Source: Crocosphaera subtropica ATCC 51142 | GTDB taxonomy: Bacteria > Cyanobacteriota > Cyanobacteriia > Cyanobacteriales > Microcystaceae | Assembly: GCF_000017845.1 (NCBI RefSeq) | Contig: NC_010546.1 | Coordinates: 1,560,001 to 1,592,000 of the forward strand | Direction: 5' to 3' | DNA length: 32,000 nucleotides | Shown here: piece by piece, positions 25,025-32,000 of the stretch | Layout of the letters: each line of letters begins with the position of its first letter | Position numbering within the stretch: the first letter of the stretch is position 1 | Translations under genes and position numbers: made by a program | The notes under the pieces: generated by a model | Told to the model about the DNA's origin: nothing | The model's input: the letters and a program-made list of their open reading frames with translations, nothing else | Databases searched by the model: none

Positions 25025-25824
25025 CCTTCTCAGAAGAATTTACTAGCACACAAACCGAGGTTGATTTTGACGATCTCGGTAGTAGTTATCCAACGGCTTT
25101 TGGTATTACCTTTACCCCGCAAGTTACTGGCATTTGTTTAGGAGTATTAGGGTTAGTGGGTTCAATCTACGTCGCATTGACTTTTGTGAAGCCAGCCTAT
25201 GACAATTACACTCAACTCAAAGCTACCGAAACGGAAAAATTAGGTCAAGTCCAGCAGCAAGAATCGGGGGAACTGAGCCGAAAAATGTTGGATGCTGAGC
25301 AAAAATTAAGAGAGTCAGAAACCCTAAGAAACCAAGTTTTATCTTTGTTTTCTAGTCAAGAAAGTCTCAAAACCCTTCTATTCGATATTAATCAATTGGT
25401 GCAAAAACACCAAGCAGAATTAGTCAGTTTTAAACCCAATGGAACCATCACAGTCGTCAATGACGGCTCCCTCGGAGAAGGGGTGAATGGTCGCTTGAAA
25501 CGGCAACAATTTGATTTGACCATTAGAGGGGATTTTAGCTCGACTCAAAGTCTTCTCAGAGATTTAGAACGGCTACAACCCTTATTAGTGATCCGAGGAC
25601 TCCAATCTAATTTAGTTGAAGAACAATTTGTCATTGACATTGTTAACGTCAAGCAACAAGGAGGACAAACCGTTGCCACAGGACAAGCAAAAGCCAAAGG
25701 GCAAGATTCTCTAGAAACCAGTTTTACCTTAGATGCTATCTTACCCTTAAGTCCAGAAGAAGTGGCAGAATTAACCCCAGAAGGAGAAACCTCCGAAGAA
25801 GGGGAACAACCAGAAGGACAATAA
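25021..25824 (+). CDS. pilO: Type IV pilus assembly protein PilO
   Basis: 267 aa with a single TM (GICLGVLGLVGSIYVALTFV) and a coiled-coil. An ATGA start/stop overlap with pilN indicates translational coupling. Confidence 0.8.
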   Translation: MTFSEEFTSTQTEVDFDDLGSSYPTAFGITFTPQVTGICLGVLGLVGSIYVALTFVKPAYDNYTQLKATETEKLGQVQQQESGELSRKMLDAEQKLRESETLRNQVLSLFSSQESLKTLLFDINQLVQKHQAELVSFKPNGTITVVNDGSLGEGVNGRLKRQQFDLTIRGDFSSTQSLLRDLERLQPLLVIRGLQSNLVEEQFVIDIVNVKQQGGQTVATGQAKAKGQDSLETSFTLDAILPLSPEEVAELTPEGETSEEGEQPEGQ

Positions 25825-25874
25825 TCTTCCTCTGAGATGATTAAAATAGTTTCTAATCCCTTTATTGGGCATTA

Positions 25875-25894
25875 TGTGTGTGTGTTGTGTGTGT
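25875..25894. repeat. (TG)n dinucleotide tract upstream of the pilQ SD
   Basis: TGTGTGTGTGTTGTGTGTGT, that is (TG)5 T (TG)4 T. It ends 5 nt before AAGGAG, and the GTG start is at 25911. Confidence 0.9.
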
Positions 25895-25910
25895 AAACAA
25901 GGAGTGAACC

Positions 25911-28247
25911 GTGAAACAGTATCATTATCCGCTTATGACGGGTGGAGTATTTTTAATGCTCCTATGCCATCAACCCTTAATGGCACTAGAAGACTCTAAA
26001 TCTCCCCTAGAAAAAATAGATTATCGAAAAATCGGCACTGGAGAATCAAAGGAAACAAAGACGACGTTTCCTCCAAGCCAGTCTCTGTTTGAACAACTCA
26101 GTGCTAAACTACCAGAGGTAAACACCAAAAGCGATACCAATAAAGTCTCGGTTATGCCGTCAGACTTGTCTGAGGAAGAATCAAGCACTCCCTTTATCGC
26201 TCAAATTCCTAACTATTCCCCTGCTCCTCCTAGTTATTCCCCACCACCGGGTCAAACCTTTCAAGCTCCCGGTTCTAACCCCCCTGCGGGTCCCATGAGC
26301 GAGTCAGAAGTCCTAGTTCCCAATCCTGAAGTCATTATCAAGTCTAATGGGAGTTCCATTCCTGATAGCTTACAACCCACGATGCCCGTAGCCCCTACAT
26401 TACCACGGGCGATCGCTCCACCGGTGGGAGACATGGCTATCTCGAATATTAATGCCGGAGCGACGGAAATCGATTTAGGGAGTAGTGCGATTGTGCCACG
26501 GTTGGTTCTTAGAGAAGCCCCGGCCAGAGAAGTATTAGCGGTACTCGCCCGTTTTGCCGGGGTCAACTTGGTGTTTACCGATACTCCTGGGGGTAACCAA
26601 GGTCAGGGACAAGCAGCAACGGAACCGACGGTATCCTTGGATCTAGAAAATGAACCTGTCGAAGATGTTTTTAACTCAGTCTTGATGATTTCAGGACTAC
26701 AAGCCAACCGCAGAGGCCGCACCGTATTTGTGGGGTCTCAGCTACCCCAGGCAGCCCGAACCTTAGTCAGTCGTACCCTTCGCCTCAACCAAGTTAAATC
26801 CGCTAACGCAGGGGTGTTTTTGGCTTCCCAGGGAGCAGAGTTCCAACGGTTAGTTACGCAAACAGAAGATATTATCGACCCTTTAACCCAACGGGTGGTA
26901 GGACGGAGAGAACTCCCCAGTACCCTAGAATCTTTAACCTCTGAAGCCGGTGAGGGGGCCGCAGGTCCAATGTTACTCAAGGGGTTAACGGTGTCCTCTG
27001 ATGATCGTCTCAACACTGTGACCTTAGTGGGAGAACCCCGTGATGTTCAAGTGGCTACCTCCCTCTTGACGCAAATGGATGCCCGTCGTCGTCAAGTTGC
27101 GGTTAACGTCAAGGTGGTTGATGTCACTCTTACTAATGATCAATCCTTTAGCAGTAACTTCTCCTTTGGTTCTGACGATGCCTTTATTGTTCAAGACGAT
27201 GGGGCGGCCATACTACGGTTTGGAGGGTTTAGCCCTGTTAGTGGTAATGATATTAACAATGCGCCGAGTCGGGTGATTAATCCTCCGGTTATTGATAACC
27301 CCTTACTCGACGGTAATACTTTTATCGATTTTAATCGTTCTATTATTGCCCCAGGACAAGGGGGCGGAACTCTGCTGCTCGATGACGCAGGAAACTTAAT
27401 TCGTGTCCCTAGCGATGCACAATTTTTTGGACGGGTTGCTGGTGTCTCTATGGACCCTACCCTGGCAGGGATTACTGATATTACCCCCGGAGAACCGGAT
27501 ACGTTTGAACGGACGTTTGATCCTGAAACGGGAATTGTGACCACCACCGTCACCCCTGGAAGCATCGCCACGGCTACGGGGGCCCTTCCTAGTTTCTTCC
27601 AATTCCCCAGACGCTTCCTAGCTCAAATTGAAACCAATATCCAAAGCGGTAACGCTAAGATTTTGACTGATCCGACGCTTGTGGTTCAAGAAGGACAAGA
27701 AGCGACGGTAAAATTAACCCAGAAGGTGATTGAAAACATTACGACTCAGGTTGATCCCCTCAGTGGTGTACGAACCACAACCCCCGTCTTACAAGATGCA
27801 GGGTTAACCTTGGCCATTAACGTCGATAAAATTGATGATAATGGTTACATTAATCTTACCGTTAGTCCCACCATTGCTGCGGTTGGAGATGTACAACAGT
27901 TCGATAGTGGGTCTGATGGGGGTACGAATAATCTCTTTCTCTTAAACCGTCGAGAATTGAGTTCTGGTTTAATTCGTCTGAGAGATGGCCAGACTTTAAT
28001 CCTATCAGGGATTATTAGTGAATCGGATCAGTCTACCACCAGTAAGGTTCCTTTATTGGGAGATATTCCTTTGCTTGGGGCTTTATTTAGAAGTCAAACG
28101 GATACGTCCCAACGCACTGAGGTAATTGTCTTATTAACCCCTCAAATTCTCCACGATAACGGTCAATGGGGTTACAATTATCAACCCGGACGAGGAACGG
28201 CTGGTGTTCTACGGGATCAAGGTTTCCCTGTTCAGTTAATCCCTTAA
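25911..28247 (+). CDS. pilQ: Type IV pilus secretin PilQ
   Basis: 778 aa with a GTG start and AAGGAG 8 nt upstream. It has a signal peptide, a Pro-rich linker, and a C-terminal secretin domain (GQTLILSGII...KVPLLGDIPLLGALFRS). Confidence 0.95.
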   Translation: MKQYHYPLMTGGVFLMLLCHQPLMALEDSKSPLEKIDYRKIGTGESKETKTTFPPSQSLFEQLSAKLPEVNTKSDTNKVSVMPSDLSEEESSTPFIAQIPNYSPAPPSYSPPPGQTFQAPGSNPPAGPMSESEVLVPNPEVIIKSNGSSIPDSLQPTMPVAPTLPRAIAPPVGDMAISNINAGATEIDLGSSAIVPRLVLREAPAREVLAVLARFAGVNLVFTDTPGGNQGQGQAATEPTVSLDLENEPVEDVFNSVLMISGLQANRRGRTVFVGSQLPQAARTLVSRTLRLNQVKSANAGVFLASQGAEFQRLVTQTEDIIDPLTQRVVGRRELPSTLESLTSEAGEGAAGPMLLKGLTVSSDDRLNTVTLVGEPRDVQVATSLLTQMDARRRQVAVNVKVVDVTLTNDQSFSSNFSFGSDDAFIVQDDGAAILRFGGFSPVSGNDINNAPSRVINPPVIDNPLLDGNTFIDFNRSIIAPGQGGGTLLLDDAGNLIRVPSDAQFFGRVAGVSMDPTLAGITDITPGEPDTFERTFDPETGIVTTTVTPGSIATATGALPSFFQFPRRFLAQIETNIQSGNAKILTDPTLVVQEGQEATVKLTQKVIENITTQVDPLSGVRTTTPVLQDAGLTLAINVDKIDDNGYINLTVSPTIAAVGDVQQFDSGSDGGTNNLFLLNRRELSSGLIRLRDGQTLILSGIISESDQSTTSKVPLLGDIPLLGALFRSQTDTSQRTEVIVLLTPQILHDNGQWGYNYQPGRGTAGVLRDQGFPVQLIP

Positions 28248-28285
28248 TTCAATCGTGAACAGTAACCATAAAATTTGATATCTTA

Positions 28286-28318
28286 TAGGGGTCAACGCTG
28301 GTTGATCCCTATTTTTTT
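28286..28318 (+). terminator. Rho-independent terminator of pilMNOQ
   Basis: TAGGGGTCAAC-gctg-GTTGATCCCTA forms a stem of about 11 bp with one G-U pair. It is followed by TTTTTTT. Confidence 0.85.
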
Positions 28319-28321
28319 CTT

Positions 28322-29134
28322 ATGAATAATATTGATGGTTCTCATAATCAATCGTTAATTCGTCTCTCTCAAGCCCAATTAAATCTTTTAGAACTGTGTC
28401 CCCCTCAATTTCAACGAGTTTATTTAGAACAGTTAGGTTCACCTATGAGTCCAGAAAGACAAGAGCATTTACTCTGGGGAAATCAATTTCATCAATTAAT
28501 GCAGCAACATTTTTTAGGGTTATCTATCGATTCAATTTTAGATATCGATCAAGAGTTAAAAAAGATAGTTCAGGCTTTATTAAAGGTTGTGAAGGAACAA
28601 CATAATCTTAATTCAGATCCTTGGACAGAGGCAGAACATTATCTAGCTTTAGAAAAAGACAATTATTTATTGACGGCTATTTATGATTTGTTGATTATTA
28701 ATGAAAATAAAGCGCAGATTTTAGACTGGAAAACTTATTTAAAACCTCAAAATAAGCAAAAATTAGAAAAGAACTGGCAAACTAAATTGTATTTATATTT
28801 GTTAGCAGAAACCTCTGATTATTTACCTGAACAAATTTCTATGACGTATTGGTTTGTTAAAATTCCTCATCACCCTCAATATCTAAGATTTGAATATAAC
28901 CAGGAGTTACATGATAGAAATACGGTGGAATTAGAATCTTTATTAACCAATCTGGATAAATATTTATTAAATTATAGTCAGAATAATGTTGATTTTCCTC
29001 ATCGAAGGAATTGTGAAAGTAATTGTCCCTATTATCAATTATTTTTTCCAGAAAAAGCTACATTCAATCATAGAGAAAATGAAAAGAGCAATTTATTATC
29101 AATAATAGACGATATTGAAGAAGTTAGTATTTAA
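28322..29134 (+). CDS. PD-(D/E)XK (RecB/Cas4-like) nuclease family protein
   Basis: 270 aa. Motifs: IYDLL ... ILDWKT (D...D/E-x-K) followed by QTKLYLYLL (QxxxY), one N-terminal Cys (LELCPP) and a C-terminal C-x3-C (CESNCPYY). Confidence 0.75.
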   Translation: MNNIDGSHNQSLIRLSQAQLNLLELCPPQFQRVYLEQLGSPMSPERQEHLLWGNQFHQLMQQHFLGLSIDSILDIDQELKKIVQALLKVVKEQHNLNSDPWTEAEHYLALEKDNYLLTAIYDLLIINENKAQILDWKTYLKPQNKQKLEKNWQTKLYLYLLAETSDYLPEQISMTYWFVKIPHHPQYLRFEYNQELHDRNTVELESLLTNLDKYLLNYSQNNVDFPHRRNCESNCPYYQLFFPEKATFNHRENEKSNLLSIIDDIEEVSI

Positions 29135-29153
29135 AAAATATTCGATCCCAAAA

Positions 29154-29258
29154 TAGCGACACTTAATGTGTGAACAGTCTAAAATATATGTAGCGACGCT
29201 AAAGTGTTAAACAACGACAATAATGTGTGAACAACGACGTTTAATTTGTGAATGTACA
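29154..29258. repeat. Four degenerate direct repeats, core CGAC-N2-3-TAATGTGTGAACA
   Basis: The units are 29154-29176, 29191-29213, 29214-29233 and 29234-29258, and the last three are head-to-tail. They lie immediately 3' of tRNA-Pro. Confidence 0.75.
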
Positions 29259-29268
29259 AATGTAAAAA

Positions 29269-29342
29269 TCGGGATGACTGGATTCGAACCAGCGGCCCCT
29301 TCGTCCCGAACGAAGTGCGCTACCAAGCTGCGCTACATCCCG
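29269..29342 (-). tRNA. tRNA-Pro (anticodon CGG)
   Basis: The manual cloverleaf is 74 nt with no encoded CCA.
- Acceptor stem: CGGGATG/CATCCCG, plus discriminator A
- D arm: GCGC-AGCTTGGTA-GCGC
- Anticodon arm: CTTCG-TTCGGGA-CGAAG, with U33 and G37
- Variable loop: 5 nt
- T arm: GCTGG-TTCGAAT-CCAGT
A TTTTT run lies downstream. Confidence 0.95.
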
Positions 29343-29378
29343 TTAAGAATAGCATCTTAATTGTACCAAAATTGACGG

Positions 29379-30251
29379 CTAAAAATCATTAAGACTTCCG
29401 ACATTGCTAACTTCTACATTAGGACAAGCACGCTTAATCAAGCCAGCTAACACTTTACCCGGTCCCACTTCTAACACTTGAGTAATCTCCTGTTGAGGCA
29501 AGGCTAACATAATTTCACGCCAACGCACCGATCCCGTCATTTGTTGGGTTAAACGGTCTTTTAGGACGGTTGCTGAGGTACTGGGAGTAGGATCAACATT
29601 AGATAGTACAGGTACTTTTGCCTCAGAAAAATCCGCCTCTTCTAATAATTCTTTAAATTTTACGGCTGCTTGGGCCATCATCGGAGAATGAAACGCCCCG
29701 GATACTTTTAACTCAATGGCCCGTTTTGTCTTCACTTGAGAACACAGTTGATCAACGGCTTCAGGGCTTCCAGAAATAACCACTTGTTGATCACTATTGT
29801 CATTGGCCAAAACCACATCAGGAATAGCTGCGATCGCCTCTTCTAATTGACATCGATCAAACTTCATCAAGGCTACCATCTTACCTCCGGCAGACTCGCT
29901 CATCAACTCAGACCGACGTTTGACCAACCTTAAACCTGTGGCAAAATCAAACACTTCTGCTGCATATAAAGCAGAATATTCTCCTAAACTATGGCCTGCC
30001 ACTAAATCCACCTTTTGGCCTTTATCTTTTAATAAGTCGATTAAAATACTTTCTACCACATACAAACAAGGTTGAGTGTATAAAGTCTTGGCTAACTCGG
30101 TTTCATCCCCTTGACATCTATCTAATACTGACCAGCCTAATATATCTTTTGCTTCCTCAAAGCGATCTTTGCCAATGGGGGTTGTTGCTAAATCGACTCC
30201 CATCCCCACTGCTTGTGATCCTTGTCCTGGAAATACCCACGCTGTTTTCAT
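29379..30251 (-). CDS. fabD: Malonyl CoA-ACP transacylase FabD
   Basis: Motifs VFPGQGSQ, GHSLGEYSALYAA, and GAFHSP; 290 aa. Confidence 0.95.
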   Translation of the reverse strand: MKTAWVFPGQGSQAVGMGVDLATTPIGKDRFEEAKDILGWSVLDRCQGDETELAKTLYTQPCLYVVESILIDLLKDKGQKVDLVAGHSLGEYSALYAAEVFDFATGLRLVKRRSELMSESAGGKMVALMKFDRCQLEEAIAAIPDVVLANDNSDQQVVISGSPEAVDQLCSQVKTKRAIELKVSGAFHSPMMAQAAVKFKELLEEADFSEAKVPVLSNVDPTPSTSATVLKDRLTQQMTGSVRWREIMLALPQQEITQVLEVGPGKVLAGLIKRACPNVEVSNVGSLNDF

Positions 30252-30294
30252 AATTAATAACCTATTGATTAATGATTTAATGATTTTTTCTTGT

Positions 30295-31290
30295 TTAAAT
30301 ACCCCAACGGAAAATGGCTGCGCCCCAAGTTAAACCTGCACCAAACCCTGACGTTGCAACAATATCCCCTGATTTTATTTTTCCTTGTCCCACTGCTTCA
30401 TCTAAAGCCAAAGGAATCGACGCAGCCGATGTATTACCATACTCATCTAAATTAGCAATCACTTTTTGCGAGGGAATTTTTAAACGCTTGGCCACTGCAT
30501 CGATAATTCTTTGATTGGCTTGATGTAGAATTAACCAGTCAATGTCATCGGTGGTTAAGTGAGCGTTAAACAGTGCTTTTTCTATCACTTCTGGCACTTT
30601 TTCTACGGCAAAACGATAAACATCTCGTCCTTTCATAGTAATGGGCTGATAAGTGCCTTGATTGATGGCTATGCCCTCTTTTAACTCTTTGTCGTTGCCA
30701 TGATAGCCAAGATTTAAGGCATCGTGTTGTTTGCCGTCACTGTACATGGCAAAACCTAACAAATTATCATGATCTGTGATTCCTTGACAGACCACTGCTC
30801 CGGCACCATCTCCAAACAAAACACAGGTGGTCCGATCTGACCAGTCAACCCAACGGGAAAGAATATCAGCGCCGATGACTAAGACATTTTGGTAGACTCC
30901 CGTACGAATATACTGGGCTGCGGTGATTAATCCAAAGACAAAACCTGAACAAGCGGCCGTTAAATCAAAGGCTACTGCATTATTGGCTTCTAAAATATGT
31001 TGTATCTTGGCGGCACTACCAAACAGATCATCAGCGGTAGATGTGGCTAAAATAATCAAATCTATATCTCCAGGGACCAGTCCTGCCATGGCGATCGCTT
31101 CGGTTGCTGCTTGAGCAGAGAGATCACTCAAGGATGAGTTGGTTGTAGCTAAATGTCGCTTACGGATTCCTGTTCTGGTGCGAATCCATTCATCGGATGT
31201 TTCGACCAAACGACTTAAATCATCATTGGTCATCACCTGTTTTGGTGCGGCCGAACCACAACCTATTATGCTTACCCCGATTGCTTTCAA
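30295..31290 (-). CDS. fabH: 3-oxoacyl-ACP synthase III FabH
   Basis: Motifs AACSGF, HQANQRI, and GNTSAASIP; 331 aa. Confidence 0.95.
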   Translation of the reverse strand: MKAIGVSIIGCGSAAPKQVMTNDDLSRLVETSDEWIRTRTGIRKRHLATTNSSLSDLSAQAATEAIAMAGLVPGDIDLIILATSTADDLFGSAAKIQHILEANNAVAFDLTAACSGFVFGLITAAQYIRTGVYQNVLVIGADILSRWVDWSDRTTCVLFGDGAGAVVCQGITDHDNLLGFAMYSDGKQHDALNLGYHGNDKELKEGIAINQGTYQPITMKGRDVYRFAVEKVPEVIEKALFNAHLTTDDIDWLILHQANQRIIDAVAKRLKIPSQKVIANLDEYGNTSAASIPLALDEAVGQGKIKSGDIVATSGFGAGLTWGAAIFRWGI

Positions 31291-31358
31291 TAACCTTTCC
31301 CCCTAATGGTTCGTAACTAATCAATGAATGATCAAGTTCTCATCTCTTTATTATCCCA

Positions 31359-32000
31359 TTATTTTTCCACCGAAGCTTGAACACTATCGGGAGTAGGATT
31401 TTCTTGAGAAGCTTTTATCCGATCTAAGACTTGATGATCGATCGCTTCTTTGGCTAAACGAATGGCATTAAAAATCGATGGACCATAAGAGCTACCATGA
31501 CTAATAATGCAAACACCAGCGACCCCTAATAATAAGGCCCCTCCGTGTTCGGCGTGATCGATCCGTTGTTTAAGTTTTTTCAGGTTGGGTTTGAGGATAG
31601 CTGTTCCTAAAATTCCACGCCACCCTTGGGGTAATTCTTCTCGCATAATTTGTAAGACAATTTCTCCTACTGCTTCAGCAAATTTTAAGAGAACATTACC
31701 GACAAAACCGTCACAAACGATCACATCAAAGCGACCCGAAAGCACGTCTCTGCCTTCAGCATTACCGATAAAAGGAATGGTTTTGTTATTTTCTAATAAT
31801 TGATAGGTAGCTAAGGCTAAATCATTGCCTTTGCTCGATTCTTCCCCTATATTCAGCAGGCCAACTTTTGGTTGCTCTACTCCCATCACATATTGACTGT
31901 AAATGGTTCCCATCAGGGCAAATTGTTCTAGATATTTGGGGCGACAATCCACATTCGCTCCCACGTCTAAAATAATCACGGATTTTCCTGCTAATAGGGT
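31359..32000 (-). CDS. plsX: Phosphate acyltransferase PlsX (5' end lies beyond the window)
   Basis: The frame is open to the window edge. Motifs include DVGANVDC, GNAEGRD, CDGFVGNVLLK, and SHGSS. The gene order is the classic plsX-fabH-fabD arrangement. Confidence 0.9.
   Translation of the reverse strand, partial: TLLAGKSVIILDVGANVDCRPKYLEQFALMGTIYSQYVMGVEQPKVGLLNIGEESSKGNDLALATYQLLENNKTIPFIGNAEGRDVLSGRFDVIVCDGFVGNVLLKFAEAVGEIVLQIMREELPQGWRGILGTAILKPNLKKLKQRIDHAEHGGALLLGVAGVCIISHGSSYGPSIFNAIRLAKEAIDHQVLDRIKASQENPTPDSVQASVEK

Noticed and set aside
26180-26420. Pro/Ser-rich low-complexity stretch in PilQ
   Set aside because: This is a typical linker region of cyanobacterial secretins, not a separate feature.
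29154-29258. Possible CRISPR array or integrated element at tRNA-Pro, with the neighbouring Cas4-like nuclease
   Set aside because: The repeats are about 20 nt, degenerate and mostly contiguous with no spacers. There are no cas genes, no integrase and no duplicated tRNA 3' end in the window.

Overview
AT-rich cyanobacterial chromosomal segment. The assignment rests on at least 19 exact copies of the HIP1 octamer GCGATCGC and on gene content: pilMNOQ, an sqdX-like glycosyltransferase, Trm1, and pentapeptide and DICT proteins. A unicellular Chroococcales (Cyanothece/Crocosphaera-like) origin is inference only. The window holds about 30 protein genes, mostly housekeeping or signalling. These are a membrane bactofilin-like protein, a STAS protein, a GAF sensor with a 4-Cys tail, a DICT/degenerate HD-GYP protein, a pentapeptide protein, a PhzF-like isomerase, Trm1, a Ser/Thr kinase, DnaG, an RCK-gated cation channel, an FGE-BASS-HAD operon, SqdX, SurE, pilMNOQ, a PD-(D/E)XK nuclease, tRNA-Pro(CGG) and plsX-fabH-fabD (plsX is cut by the window edge). 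The stand-out region is 20.1-22.2 kb. It is a tightly packed cassette of five small same-strand ORFs followed by one terminator. Each ORF encodes a Sec-signal-peptide protein with a Q/N/S/T-rich, beta-strand-patterned mature part and no domain I can recognise; one carries a curlin-repeat-like motif. The cassette lies about 0.9 kb upstream of the type IV pilus secretin operon. I flag it as a candidate undescribed secreted fibre/matrix (functional-amyloid-like) system. Secondary observations:
- three families of tandem heptamer repeats in intergenic DNA
- a (TG)n tract just upstream of the pilQ ribosome-binding site
- four degenerate direct repeats next to tRNA-Pro
- a GxRPV-repeat protein
- an atypical TVGFSE channel filter
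- a catalytically dead HD-GYP domain
- a truncated FAD-oxidase gene relic
No CRISPR array, rRNA, intact transposase or integrase was seen.
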